Positions 11,237-29,149 of a stretch of 64,000 nt of DNA are shown here, one piece after another (positions within the stretch are counted from its first letter, which is position 1; each line of letters starts with the position of its first letter). The notes under the pieces were generated by a model, which was given only the letters and a program-made list of their open reading frames with translations, searched no databases and was not told the DNA's origin. The stretch is from an uncultured delta proteobacterium (lineage in GTDB: Bacteria; Myxococcota; Myxococcia; Myxococcales; Myxococcaceae), in the NCBI GenBank assembly GCA_963796055.1, contig CAWCKH010000004.1, forward strand, positions 3,296,001-3,360,000, given 5' to 3'. The position numbers and the translations under genes are program-made.

Positions 11237-11401
11237 ATGCCGAAGGGAAACAGGAGCATCATCTCGCTCGAGTGTCCGGTGTGTAAGCGCCGGAACTACT
11301 CGACGACCAAGAACCGGCGGAAGAGCCAGGACAAGCTCGAGCTGAGCAAGTTCTGCCCCTGGTGCCGCAAGCATACGGACCACAAGGAAGGGAAGGTCTG
11401 A
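11237..11401 (+). CDS. rpmG: 50S ribosomal protein L33 (Zn-binding CxxC/CxxC form)
   Basis: [18 protein letters not shown]...[14 protein letters not shown]. Confidence 0.96.
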   Translation: MPKGNRSIISLECPVCKRRNYSTTKNRRKSQDKLELSKFCPWCRKHTDHKEGKV

Positions 11402-11414
11402 CGAGCGCAGTTCT

Positions 11415-11487
11415 AGGCCAGTAGCTCCAACGGTAGAGCAGCGGTCTCCAAAACCGCGTGTTGGGGGTTCGAATCCCTCCTGGCCTG
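11415..11487 (+). tRNA. tRNA-Trp(CCA)
   Basis: AGGCCAG/CTGGCCT acceptor stem, GCGGT-CTCCAAA-ACCGC anticodon arm, conserved position before secE. Confidence 0.95.
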
Positions 11488-11509
11488 CAGCAGCCCTCTC
11501 GAGAACGCC

Positions 11510-11953
11510 ATGGCATCCAACGACGCCACCACGGTCGCCAACCGCAGCGCGATGACCCCCGAGCGTCTGGTGGTCATCTTCACCCTCTTCCTGGGCATCG
11601 TGCTGGTGCTGTGGCTGAAGCACGTCATCGCGCCGGTCTGGGTGGCGGTGGGTCTGCCCGACCGGCCGCTGATCGAGGGTGCGGAGGAGTGGACCTACAG
11701 CTCGCTGGTGGCGATCGTGATCGCCGTGGGGCTGCTGGGCGGGGCCTGGGCGAGCCCGCGGATCCGGCACCTGGCGCTGGAGACGGCCTCCGAGCTGATG
11801 CGGGTGACCTGGCCCAGCATCGGGGAGACGAAGGTGTCGACGGTGGCGGTGGTGGTGGCCTCGCTGGTGGCCGGGGTGGTGCTCTTCGCCATAGACACGC
11901 TGAGCTACAAGCTGATGGTGGAGTGGCTGCCCGCCCTGTGGGGGAAGCTGTGA
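11510..11953 (+). CDS. secE: preprotein translocase SecE (long, three-TM form)
   Basis: ELMRVTWPS..ET motif before the last TM segment, position upstream of nusG. Confidence 0.92.
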   Translation: MASNDATTVANRSAMTPERLVVIFTLFLGIVLVLWLKHVIAPVWVAVGLPDRPLIEGAEEWTYSSLVAIVIAVGLLGGAWASPRIRHLALETASELMRVTWPSIGETKVSTVAVVVASLVAGVVLFAIDTLSYKLMVEWLPALWGKL

Positions 11954-12498
11954 TGGGCGAGAAGCGCTGGTACGCGGTCCATACCTACTCGGGCTTCGAG
12001 AACAAGGCGAAGAAGAGCCTGGAGGAGAAGATCCGGCTGGAGGGGCTCCAGGACTCGTTCGGGGAGATCCTGATCCCGGTGGAGCAGGTGGTGGAGATGG
12101 TGAAGGGGGAGAAGAAGACCTCCAAGCGGAAGTTCCTCCCCGGCTACATCCTGGTCCAGATGGAGATGAACGACCGGACCTGGCACCTGGTGAAGAACAC
12201 CCCCAAGGTGACGGGGTTCATCGGGGCCGCGGCCAACGAGCAGCCGCCGCCCATTCCCGACCGGGAGATGGAGCGGCTGACGACGCAGATCTCCGAGGGG
12301 ACGCTCAAGCCCAAGCCCAAGGTGCAGTTCGAGGAGGGCGACACCGTCCGGGTGATCGACGGCCCGTTCAGCAACTTCAACGGGACGGTGGAAGAGGTGA
12401 ACCCGGACAAGGGCCGGGTGAAGGTGCTGGTGTCCATCTTCGGCCGGGCGACCCCGGTGGAGCTGGACTTCATGCAGGTGGAGAAGACGAGCACGTAG
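11953..12498 (+). CDS. nusG: transcription termination/antitermination factor NusG
   Basis: [20 protein letters not shown] motif [18 protein letters not shown]. Confidence 0.97.
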   Translation: MGEKRWYAVHTYSGFENKAKKSLEEKIRLEGLQDSFGEILIPVEQVVEMVKGEKKTSKRKFLPGYILVQMEMNDRTWHLVKNTPKVTGFIGAAANEQPPPIPDREMERLTTQISEGTLKPKPKVQFEEGDTVRVIDGPFSNFNGTVEEVNPDKGRVKVLVSIFGRATPVELDFMQVEKTST

Positions 12499-12552
12499 CT
12501 CGTGGAAGTGAAGTGGGCCGTCCGGGGCGCGTTGCTCCGGGACAGTGTTCGG

Positions 12553-12586
12553 CCGTGGGAGGGCAGCCCGCCCGCATGCACCACGG
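12553..12586 (+). promoter_or_regulatory. putative L1-binding autoregulatory leader of rplK-rplA
   Basis: Hairpin CCGTGG-GAG-GGC...GCCC-GCATGCA-CCACGG mimics the GUGGGAG...ACCAC L1 site of 23S rRNA and lies just upstream of the rplK RBS. Confidence 0.6.
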
Positions 12587-12598
12587 TGAGGTGAGACG

Positions 12599-13045
12599 AT
12601 GAAGAAGGTCACCGGACAGGTGAAGCTGCAGATCCCTGCGGGCAAGGCCAACCCGGCCCCGCCCATCGGGCCGGCGCTCGGCCAGCAGGGCGTCAACATC
12701 ATGGAGTTCTGCAAGCAGTTCAACGCCCAGACCCAGGCGCAGGCGAAGGAGGGCCTGATCATCCCGGTGATCATCACCGTGTATCAGGACCGCTCGTTCA
12801 CCTTCGTGCTGAAGACGCCTCCGGCGGCGGTGCTGCTGAAGAAGGCGGCGGGGCTGCACACCGAGAAGAAGAAGGGCTCGGGGGCGCACAAGCCGGGCAA
12901 GGAGAAGGTGGGCCAGGTGAAGCGCAAGCAGCTGGAGGACATCGCCCGGCTGAAGATGCCGGACATGACCGCCGGCTCGCTCGAGGCGGCGATGAACACC
13001 ATCGCTGGAACCGCCCGCTCGATGGGCATCGACATCGTCGACTGA
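12599..13045 (+). CDS. rplK: 50S ribosomal protein L11
   Basis: [33 protein letters not shown]. Confidence 0.98.
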   Translation: MKKVTGQVKLQIPAGKANPAPPIGPALGQQGVNIMEFCKQFNAQTQAQAKEGLIIPVIITVYQDRSFTFVLKTPPAAVLLKKAAGLHTEKKKGSGAHKPGKEKVGQVKRKQLEDIARLKMPDMTAGSLEAAMNTIAGTARSMGIDIVD

Positions 13046-13068
13046 CGGCCCGCCCGGAGACTCCTGAC

Positions 13069-13785
13069 ATGACGACCAAGACTGCGAAGAAGTTCCGTGC
13101 CGCGGCCGAGCTGGTGGACCGCAACAAGCGCTACACCGTGGACGAGGCCTTCAAGCTGCTCAAGGAGACGGTGAGCAAGCGCGGGGTGAAGTTCGACCAG
13201 ACGGTGGACGTGGCGATCAACCTCGGGGTGGACCCCAAGCACGCCGACCAGATGGTGCGTGGCGCGGTGGTGCTCCCCAACGGCATCGGCAAGACGGTGC
13301 GGGTGGCGGTGTTCGCCAAGGGCGAGAAGCAGCGCGAGGCCCAGGACGCCGGCGCCGACGTGGTGGGCGAGGCCGACCTGGCCAAGCGGATCGAAGAAGG
13401 CTTCATGGACTTCGACACCGTCATCGCCACCCCGGACATGATGGGGGTGGTGGGGCGGCTGGGAAAGGTGCTCGGTCCCCGGGGCCTGATGCCGAACCCG
13501 AAGGTGGGAACGGTGACCGCGGACGTGGGCAAGGCGATCCGCGAGGCCAAGGGCGGCAAGGTGGAGTTCCGCGCCGAGAAGGCGGGCATCGTGCACGCTC
13601 CGGTGGGCAAGGCGTCGTTTCCGGCCGAGAAGCTGGCCGAGAACTTCAACGCGCTCATGGAGCTGGTGATGAAGCTCAAGCCGTCGACGGCCAAGGGCGT
13701 GTACCTGAAGGGCGCGACCATCAGCGCGACGATGACCCCCGGCATCAAGCTGGACGTGCAGGAGATCGGGGCGCGGTACCGGTAA
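13069..13785 (+). CDS. rplA: 50S ribosomal protein L1
   Basis: [32 protein letters not shown]. Confidence 0.98.
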   Translation: MTTKTAKKFRAAAELVDRNKRYTVDEAFKLLKETVSKRGVKFDQTVDVAINLGVDPKHADQMVRGAVVLPNGIGKTVRVAVFAKGEKQREAQDAGADVVGEADLAKRIEEGFMDFDTVIATPDMMGVVGRLGKVLGPRGLMPNPKVGTVTADVGKAIREAKGGKVEFRAEKAGIVHAPVGKASFPAEKLAENFNALMELVMKLKPSTAKGVYLKGATISATMTPGIKLDVQEIGARYR

Positions 13786-13992
13786 CACGCTGAGGCGCGG
13801 GTCCCGTCCGGCGTCATTCGGCCCATAGGAGACGGCGGGGCGACGGGTCGGGCGGCATTGCCTTAATCGCGCTGGCCTCACCCCGGCCCGTGGCGGGTTG
13901 CAACGGGTCGGTGCGAGTTGCGTCCCAAACGGTGGACTGCGCGGAGTTCCGCCTCGTCCGCGTAGACCCGAAGCAGGCGCGAGGGCGCGACG

Positions 13993-14233
13993 CGGGAACG
14001 CTGGATTGCATTCCAGGTCCCGAAACAATCTCTCAGCCCGGAGGGGGTCGCGGGCAGCGGTCCTCTCAGGTCGCGAAGTGCGGGCCCGGGAACGTGGAAT
14101 CCGATTTGGGGATGCCCAGTGCAATTCCACGTTCCGAAGCGGACCCTTCCACGTACGAGAAGTGCGCTCCCGCCCGACCCCCCTGCCCAAGGGACAGATC
14201 GTTTCGGAACGCCTCATGCAATTCCACGTTCCG
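13993..14233. repeat. cluster of direct and inverted copies of TGCAATTCCACGTTCCG
   Basis: Exact 17-mer at 14120-14136 and 14217-14233, inverted copy GGAACGTGGAAT at 14089-14100, degenerate palindrome at 13993-14022. Confidence 0.75.
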
Positions 14234-14495
14234 CATTGTCACCCGACGCGGGGATTTCCGGGCTCTCGAGAGTAGGGCTGTCCGCGCCGCCGGACTCGCG
14301 TGCGACGGCCCCCTGTGACAACCCGCCCGCGGCGCGAGGCTCGAGGCCAGCGGGGAGCGGCACGGCGCGGAGACTCGCCCCGCCCTGCGTCCTGTCCGGG
14401 CCGAGGCACGGCGCTCGAGTCCCGAGAGGCCGGATCAGGCGGAGCGGAAGCTCAGCTACCGTTGAGCCATCGGGATCTCGACCCCGAGCTTCTGC

Positions 14496-14981
14496 TCGGC
14501 CAACCGGGCCCGCCTCCACGACTGCCACGTCGTAACCGTGTTCCTGCACCGAGTTGGGCAAGACGTCGAGGTACCGGCTGAGGGCGATGTCGCCCGGGTT
14601 CTTCAGAACCGATCCATCCGGGCAGATCGCGAGCGGAAGATCCTCGGGCCGCGAGACATGGCGGCCCGCCAGCGCCAGGGCCTCGGCGCTCGTCTCGGGG
14701 TCGAGCAGCCGGTGAGGGTACCCGCTACGAAGCAGGAATTCTTGAAGCCGCCGCACCCGGGGATGGGAGGCCGAGCCGACGAGCACCGGCCCGCCGATTC
14801 CGAGAGCCTGGGCACCGACGCGCCGGAGCATGAGCGCTCGCAGGATTCGCTCGCCCAGCTCGACCTCGGCCAGGAGCAAGGCCCGGAGCCCATCAGGCGG
14901 GAGCACCACCGCCTCCACCGGTCCCACCGCCCTCCCGTTCACGATGGAGCGCGCCCCCGAGAGATTCCCCCACGTCCCCAA
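14496..14981 (-). pseudogene. internal fragment of a cNMP-binding-domain thioredoxin reductase (TrxB-like)
   Basis: LRALLLAEVELGERILRALMLRR, RLQEFL.R.GYPH, LPLAICPDGSVLKNP, then YDVAVVEAGPVG (decayed FAD-binding GAGPAG). No N-terminus and no reductase body. Confidence 0.75.
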
Positions 14982-14995
14982 GGAAGGGCCCCGGA

Positions 14996-15496
14996 TCAGG
15001 CGGGCCGGAAGGTGAGCGCGACCCCGTTCATGCAGTAGCGCAGTCCCGTCGGCGGCGGCCCGTCCTCGAACACGTGGCCCAGGTGCCCTCCGCAGCGGCG
15101 GCAATGCACCTCGGTGCGGACCATCAGGAAGCTGCGGTCCTCGGTGGTCCCCACGGCGTCCGGCAGCGGCGCGTAGAAGCTCGGCCACCCGGTGTGGCTG
15201 TCGTACTTGGTCTTCGAGGAGAACAGGGGCAGGGCACAGCCCGCGCAGAGGAACGTTCCCCCGCGGTGCTCACCGAGCAACGTGCTCGTCCCGGCCCGCT
15301 CGGTGCCATCGTGCCGCAGGACCTCGTAGGCAGCGGGAGAGAGGATCGCCTTCCACTCCGCATCGGTCTTCTCGACCTCGAACCGCTTGCCGGATTTCGC
15401 CGGCGAGGCAGCATGGCTTCGCCGGACGAGCCCGAGCACTCCGAACGCTCCGAGCGCGAGCGCGCGCCCGAGCAGATCGCGACGGGAGACGCTCAC
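14996..15496 (-). CDS. msrB: peptide-methionine (R)-S-oxide reductase with Tat signal
   Basis: SRRDLL twin-arginine signal, CAGC/CRRC Zn ligands, GWPSF, HLGHVF.DGP, RYCMN. GTG start overlaps the msrA stop. Confidence 0.95.
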   Translation of the reverse strand: MSVSRRDLLGRALALGAFGVLGLVRRSHAASPAKSGKRFEVEKTDAEWKAILSPAAYEVLRHDGTERAGTSTLLGEHRGGTFLCAGCALPLFSSKTKYDSHTGWPSFYAPLPDAVGTTEDRSFLMVRTEVHCRRCGGHLGHVFEDGPPPTGLRYCMNGVALTFRPA

Positions 15497-16149
15497 GTCC
15501 CGCTCCGGGTCTTGGCATGCCGGGGCAGGGGGCACGACTCGTACCCGTGCTTCTCGTCCCACTGCTGGTGGTAATCCTCGGCCTTCCAGAACGGGGCGGC
15601 GGGGACGATCTCGGTGGTGATCTTGTCCACGAGCTTCTTCTGCTCCGCATCGCGGGAGGCGAGCGCCTGGGCCTGCTGCTCCTGGCCAAAATAAAAGATC
15701 GCGGAGCGGTACTGCGAGCCCACGTCCGGTCCCTGCCGGTTGCCGCTCGTCGAGTCGTGCGAGCTCCAGAAGATCTCGAGCAGCCGCGCGTAGCTCACCT
15801 TCGCCGGGTCGAACTCGACGAGGACGGACTCGGCGTGCCCCGTCCCGTGGTCGCCGACCTGCTCGTACGTCGGGTTGGCGGTGTGCCCGCCGCTGTAGCC
15901 GACCGCGGTCGCGACCACGCCCGGGACCTGGCGGAACCGGTACTCGGTCCCCCAGAAGCAGCCCTGGGCGAAGATCGCCAGCTGGTGGCCAGGGGCCGGC
16001 TTCAGCGGTGTGCCGGCCCCGGCCCCGCCCGGATTGGTGCCGACGGGCAGGGGAACGACCCGCTTCTCGGATCCGGCGGCCAGCGGTCCTCGAAATAGGA
16101 TGGCAAGAACGAACGCTGCGGCGAGGGGGATGATCAGGGCGGGGCGCAT
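15493..16149 (-). CDS. msrA: peptide-methionine (S)-S-oxide reductase with N-terminal signal/TM
   Basis: GCFWG active site, TGHAESV, QYRSAIF, AEDYHQQ, hydrophobic N-terminus. Confidence 0.95.
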   Translation of the reverse strand: MRPALIIPLAAAFVLAILFRGPLAAGSEKRVVPLPVGTNPGGAGAGTPLKPAPGHQLAIFAQGCFWGTEYRFRQVPGVVATAVGYSGGHTANPTYEQVGDHGTGHAESVLVEFDPAKVSYARLLEIFWSSHDSTSGNRQGPDVGSQYRSAIFYFGQEQQAQALASRDAEQKKLVDKITTEIVPAAPFWKAEDYHQQWDEKHGYESCPLPRHAKTRSGT

Positions 16150-16407
16150 GATGAAAGGAGTACGCGCGAGATCCCCCTCCGGTCACGCAGGGAGCCGAAC
16201 CCCCGAAGAGCGCTAAGACATCGTCGAGGGCCGGCCGGCGAATGAGCGTGGGCATGGCTGCTCGCCTGGAAGAGCTCAGGGGCGGCTGCTGATCCGGAGA
16301 AACGAGTTCCCTGAGACGTCGTCGAGCGCCTTGCGTGGCGCGTCGGCTGTCTTACGCTACACGGTGGCGTGCGTGTCCCCCTGCCGGACCGACCGCCCGG
16401 GCGGGCT

Positions 16408-16436
16408 TTGACATCCGGCCCACCCCTTGCTAGATG
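16408..16436 (+). promoter_or_regulatory. sigma70-type promoter for rplJ-rplL-rpoBC
   Basis: Perfect TTGACA at 16408, 17-nt spacer, then TG-C-TAGATG, immediately before the L10 leader. Confidence 0.6.
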
Positions 16437-16471
16437 CGCCGGTTCCGCCGGGCTAAACCCCGGCAACCCCC

Positions 16472-16610
16472 TGGTCCAAGACCGCAGGGACGGGTGCGAC
16501 TCCCGTCGAAATGGAGGCTGGCGACGGCCACGACCTCCGGCCCTGCCGAGACGAAGGGAGCGCTGGGCCCTGGACGCAGGGACCCGGGACGCGAGGTCCA
16601 GCCTCGCACA
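16472..16610 (+). ncRNA. L10 leader (rplJ autoregulatory RNA)
   Basis: GTCCAAGACCGCAGG...CCTGCCGAGAC pairing characteristic of L10 leaders, upstream of rplJ. Ends approximate. Confidence 0.75.
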
Positions 16611-16707
16611 AGACGGGCGCCGTGAGGCGTCCCTCTCGCTCTTGCCACTCTGGCTCAGGGCAGCACGCCAGGCCCGCACGGCCCGGCACGATGGGAGGTG
16701 AGACAGA

Positions 16708-17235
16708 GTGGAGAAGAGCGAGAAGGAAGTGATGATCAAGGAGCTGAACGAGAAGTTCGCCCGGGCCCGGACGGCCATCGTGGCGGAGTTCTCGAAGCTC
16801 AACGTGGAGACCGTCACCCGGCTGCGGAAGAAGTTCCGCGACTCGGGGGTGGACTACAAGGTTCTGAAGAACACGCTCGCCAAGCGGGCGGCCAAGGGCA
16901 CGCCTGTCGAGGTGGTGAGCGACGACTTCACCGGTCCTGTGGCGATCGCCATCGGGTACGACGACGTGGTCGTCCCGGCGAAGATCCTCCAGGAGTTCAT
17001 CAAGGACCTCGAGACCATCAAGGTCCGGAGCGCCGTCGTCGAGGGCAAGAAGGTCAACGCCGCAGGCGTGGCCGCACTGGCGAAGATGCCCGGGCTGCCC
17101 GAGCTCCGGGCGAAGATCCTCGGGATGCTCAACCAGCCGGCGGGCAAGCTCGCCCGGACGGTGGCCGAGCCAGGAAGCCGCCTCGCCCGCCTGATCAAGG
17201 CCCGGGCAGAGGCCTTGGAGAAGCAAAGTTCATAG
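16708..17235 (+). CDS. rplJ: 50S ribosomal protein L10
   Basis: LRKKFR...YKVLKNTLAKRA, FTGPVAIA. Confidence 0.97.
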   Translation: MEKSEKEVMIKELNEKFARARTAIVAEFSKLNVETVTRLRKKFRDSGVDYKVLKNTLAKRAAKGTPVEVVSDDFTGPVAIAIGYDDVVVPAKILQEFIKDLETIKVRSAVVEGKKVNAAGVAALAKMPGLPELRAKILGMLNQPAGKLARTVAEPGSRLARLIKARAEALEKQSS

Positions 17236-17316
17236 CAGCGATAAGATTTATAACCCACTCACTGGGAACGGCTCTGCTGCGCAGAGTCAAGTCCCGTTAA
17301 GAGGCTGAATTTCGCC

Positions 17317-17697
17317 ATGGCAGACCTGAATCAGATCGTCGACTCGCTGTCCTCCCTCACGGTGATGGAGGCCGCCGAGCTCGTGAAGAAGCTCGAGGAG
17401 AAGTGGGGCGTGTCCGCCGCCGCCGTCGCCGTTGCGGCGCCCGGCGCTGGTGGGGGTGCCGCCGCTGCTGCTCCCGCCGAGGAGAAGACCGAGTTCACGG
17501 TCGTCCTCGCCAACGCCGGTGCCAACAAGATCAACGTCATCAAGGAGATCCGCGCCATCACCGGGCTGGGCCTGAAGGAGGCCAAGGACCTGGTCGAGGG
17601 TGCTCCGAAGACGGTGAAGGAAGGCGTCAACAAGGACGACGCCAAGAAGATCAAGGACCAGCTCACCGCCGCTGGCGCCACCGTCGAGGTCAAGTAG
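17317..17697 (+). CDS. rplL: 50S ribosomal protein L7/L12
   Basis: [34 protein letters not shown]. Confidence 0.98.
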   Translation: MADLNQIVDSLSSLTVMEAAELVKKLEEKWGVSAAAVAVAAPGAGGGAAAAAPAEEKTEFTVVLANAGANKINVIKEIRAITGLGLKEAKDLVEGAPKTVKEGVNKDDAKKIKDQLTAAGATVEVK

Positions 17698-17853
17698 TCG
17701 CCTGCGCCGTTCGCGCGCGCGCCGGGGCCCACGTCCCCCGGCGCCCTCGCTCCGCGCTCTGTTCCGCTTGGCGTGCCGGCGTTCTCCTCCATCCTGGAGG
17801 GACGCCGGCATCGCCCTTTTGAGAAACCTGCTTCCCGCCGTCAGGAAGACCGA

Positions 17854-22065
<4,212 letters not shown>

Positions 22066-22107
22066 TCAGCCGGCGCCCCCGCACAACCCTTATGTTTTTG
22101 GAGGCAA

Positions 22108-26326
<4,219 letters not shown>

Positions 26327-26853
26327 GCGCCCGGCGTCACCGAGCAGTGAACGAGGCCGTCCCCGTGGTCGCGCGGGGGCGGCCTCACTCTTTCGAGTGC
26401 CGGTTGTCATCGCTGGACGTGTCGGCGATCGCCCTTGCCCTCGAGAGGGCGCTGCGGAGCCGAGACGATGTGATCGTTCGACCGCGCCGGCGCGATCTTC
26501 CGGTCACACCCGTGCGCGCGGGCGTGCACACCCGGTGCGCCGTCGAGCGTGGACAAGCCCGTGACTCCACGGGGTCCGCCGGCGAGCGTGCTGTCAGGCG
26601 GTGCCGCGATGGCGTACATCGAGGGAGTGACGTACGCCCGTCAGCAGCTGGGGAGGCCGGTGGGCGTGGTCGCGCCCATCGCTCCGAGCATCGGCTCGCC
26701 GGACGGGGGCACCCCACCGGGGCGGTAAGCGAGGCGTCCATCGCGGCGGAGACCGAGTCCGCCGACGGGGCGATCGGAACGTCCGACGAACTGCGCTCGT
26801 GCGCCCTTTCGTTCGGGTTACCCTCCGGATCCGTGAAGTCTGCCCGGTGGCCC

Positions 26854-27508
26854 ATGGGGAGCGCGCCGCGGCTGGGTCATGCGCTGCTCCTGGCCGTCCT
26901 GCTGGCGCTGACGCGCGTCGCCGGCTTCGTGGTGCTCGCGCGACTGACCGGACGGGGCGATCTGGAGACGATCGACGCCTGGACCTTCGCCGCGCTCCTC
27001 GTGGCCAGCGTGCTCTCGGTGGGCGGGATCATCGGGCTGGGGCTCCTCGTCTGGGGCCGGTTGTCGCTCGGTGAGCTCGGGTGGAGCACGGCTCGGCTCG
27101 GGCCGGACCTCGCGCGCGGGCTGCTCGGAGGCGCCGCCTGCTGCGGCATCGTGCTCCTCTTCCAGATGGCCGCGGGGGCGAGCGCGTCCGAGGTCCTCGA
27201 GGGCTGGTGGGCCGTGCCGCCGCTGGAGCGGCTCCTCACCGTGCTCGTCGGGGTCGAGGCTGCTCTGACAGAGGAAACGCCGTTCCGGGGTTACCTCCAG
27301 CCGACACTCCAGCGCATGCTCGGCCGGGAGCCGGCCTGCTCCTCACCGCCCTGGTCTTCGCCGCCTACCATCTGCGGTTCGGGCCTGGGGGTTCCTCGCG
27401 AAGACCGCGTTCGGACTGGTGTTCGGCCTTCTCCGGGACCGGACCAGACGGCTGGTGTCACCGGCCTTCGCGCACTGGATCAGCTGGACTGTCATGGGCG
27501 TCCACTGA
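26854..27508 (+). pseudogene. CPBP/CAAX (Abi) intramembrane protease with two apparent single-base deletions
   Basis: EE..FRGYLQ in frame 1, LVFAAYH in a second frame, and FGLVFGLLRDRT..LVSPAFAH* in a third frame ending TGA at 27508. Confidence 0.8.
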
Positions 27509-27580
27509 CGGGCGCTGTACCGGTCCCGGAGGTGCCACCGCGCCCGTTTCGTGGCAAATGGGTCCTTCCGGAGGTTGTCC

Positions 27581-28048
27581 ATGCTCGGGGTGGGTGACAC
27601 GGCGCCGGAGTTCGAGGCGCGCGACTGTCAGGGTCGGGCCGTTCGCCTCGGAGACTACCGAGGCAGGCGGCTGGTCCTCTTCTTCTTCCCCAAGGCCTTC
27701 ACCGCCGGGTGCACCGAGGAGATCCGCCACTTCCGCGACAACCAGGCCCGCATCCGCGGCCTCGGCGGCGAGCTGATCGGAGTCTCGGTGGACAAGCCCG
27801 AGGTGCAATGCGATTTCGCGCGGAGCGAGAAGATCGAGTATCCGCTCCTGGGCGACAGCGACCGGAAGATCAGCGAGAAGTTCGGCGTGCTCTGGCCCCT
27901 GGTCCGCATCAACCGCCGGGTGACCTTCATCGTTTCGCCCGAGGGACGGATCGAGGAGGTCATCCAGCACGAGCGCCAGGTGTGGCGGCACCTGGACGAC
28001 GTCATCACCGCGCTCGAGCGCCGGGTCGGGACTCCGGCGACCGCGTGA
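27581..28048 (+). CDS. bcp: peroxiredoxin, Bcp/PrxQ family
   Basis: FFFPKAFTAGCTEE motif, GGAGG RBS. Confidence 0.9.
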   Translation: MLGVGDTAPEFEARDCQGRAVRLGDYRGRRLVLFFFPKAFTAGCTEEIRHFRDNQARIRGLGGELIGVSVDKPEVQCDFARSEKIEYPLLGDSDRKISEKFGVLWPLVRINRRVTFIVSPEGRIEEVIQHERQVWRHLDDVITALERRVGTPATA

Positions 28049-28090
28049 GCGGTCCCCAGGCCCCGACGGTCGCGGCGCTCCCGGTGCTCC

Positions 28091-28468
28091 TCAGGGAGGA
28101 ACCGGAACCGCGCAGCTCTGCAGAGCCTCTGGCCGGTTCTTCGCCACCAGGGTCCAGCGGTCCACCGACTTGCCCGTCGTCTCGTCGAAGGTGGGGGTCC
28201 CGCCGGCATACATGGTCCCGGTCGGGTTCCCGTAGGGGTCCAGGCCGTGCCCGTTCAGCCACTTCTCCACGCAGTCGGTCTGCTTGGCGTCGAGCTGGAT
28301 GCGCGGTGCCGGCGTCGGAGCGGAAGCGGCGGAGCGCTCGGGCGTCGGTGACGGTCGAGCTGCAGGGGGAGCGGTCGCGGGTGGAGGGGGCGCGCTCGCT
28401 TCGTGCGAGGTCGACGGACGACATGCGGCCGCGGCGAGGAGCAGGACCGGGAGCAGGGCAGGGCGCAT
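28091..28468 (-). CDS. hypothetical lipoprotein
   Basis: Lipobox AAAC, Pro/Ala linker, small globular C-terminal domain with two Cys. Confidence 0.75.
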   Translation of the reverse strand: MRPALLPVLLLAAAACRPSTSHEASAPPPPATAPPAARPSPTPERSAASAPTPAPRIQLDAKQTDCVEKWLNGHGLDPYGNPTGTMYAGGTPTFDETTGKSVDRWTLVAKNRPEALQSCAVPVPP

Positions 28469-28489
28469 GTGACGTACCCTAGTCGACCG

Positions 28490-29149
28490 ATGCTCGGGGC
28501 GACGGTGATCATCGGCATGGGGGGGCTCGGGTGTCCGGCGGCGGTGGCGCTCGCCGGGGCCGGAGCGCGCCGGCTCACGCTCGTCGACCCCGACCGCGTC
28601 GAGAGCTCGAACCTCCACCGACAGCCCCTGTACGGGCCCGAGGACGTCGGTCGATTCAAGGTTCACGTCGCCCGGGAGCGGCTCGCCCGGGCGTACCCGG
28701 GCCTGGAGGTCGAGACCTGGGTCCAGCGGGTCGGTCCGGCCGAGGCGGAGGCGCTCCTGTCCCGGCACGCCCTGGGCATCGACGGCACCGACTCGGTCGA
28801 GGCCAAATTCCAGATGTCCGACGCGGTGGCCCGCACCGGAACGCCGCTCGTCTCGGGCGGGGTGGTCCAGTGGGGCGGCCAGGCGATGCGCATCGACCCC
28901 GGTGGCGCCTGTCTGCGGTGTCTCTACGGCACCCCCCCACGCGAGGACGAGGTCCCCACCTGCGCCCGGGCCGGTGTGCTCGGCTCGGTGGCCGGCGTTC
29001 TCGGCGCGCTCCAGGCTTCCCTGGCGCTCGGACCACCGTCACCCGCCGGACGGAGCACCCTGCACGTGGTCGACGGACGGAGCCTGCGGTTCCGGACGCT
29101 CACCATCCGGCGCGTGCCCGGCTGCTCGGGATGTGGAGCACGGGCATGA
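28490..29149 (+). CDS. MoeB/ThiF-family E1-like adenylyltransferase lacking the N-terminal helix
   Basis: GMGGLG P-loop, VDPDRVESSNLHRQ, DGTD, CLRC, PTCARAG, terminal CSGC. Confidence 0.92.
   Translation: MLGATVIIGMGGLGCPAAVALAGAGARRLTLVDPDRVESSNLHRQPLYGPEDVGRFKVHVARERLARAYPGLEVETWVQRVGPAEAEALLSRHALGIDGTDSVEAKFQMSDAVARTGTPLVSGGVVQWGGQAMRIDPGGACLRCLYGTPPREDEVPTCARAGVLGSVAGVLGALQASLALGPPSPAGRSTLHVVDGRSLRFRTLTIRRVPGCSGCGARA

Noticed and set aside
13993..14233. Possible CRISPR array or parS cluster
   Set aside because: Only two exact 17-nt copies, mixed orientation, no regular spacers and no cas genes. Only half of the GTTCCACGTGGAAC palindrome is present. Kept as an unexplained repeat.
26588..26728. 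Short ORF VLSGGAAMAYIEGVTY...PDGGTPPGR, faintly like a patatin N-terminus
   Set aside because: Under 50 codons, no RBS, and the resemblance is too weak to call without a search.
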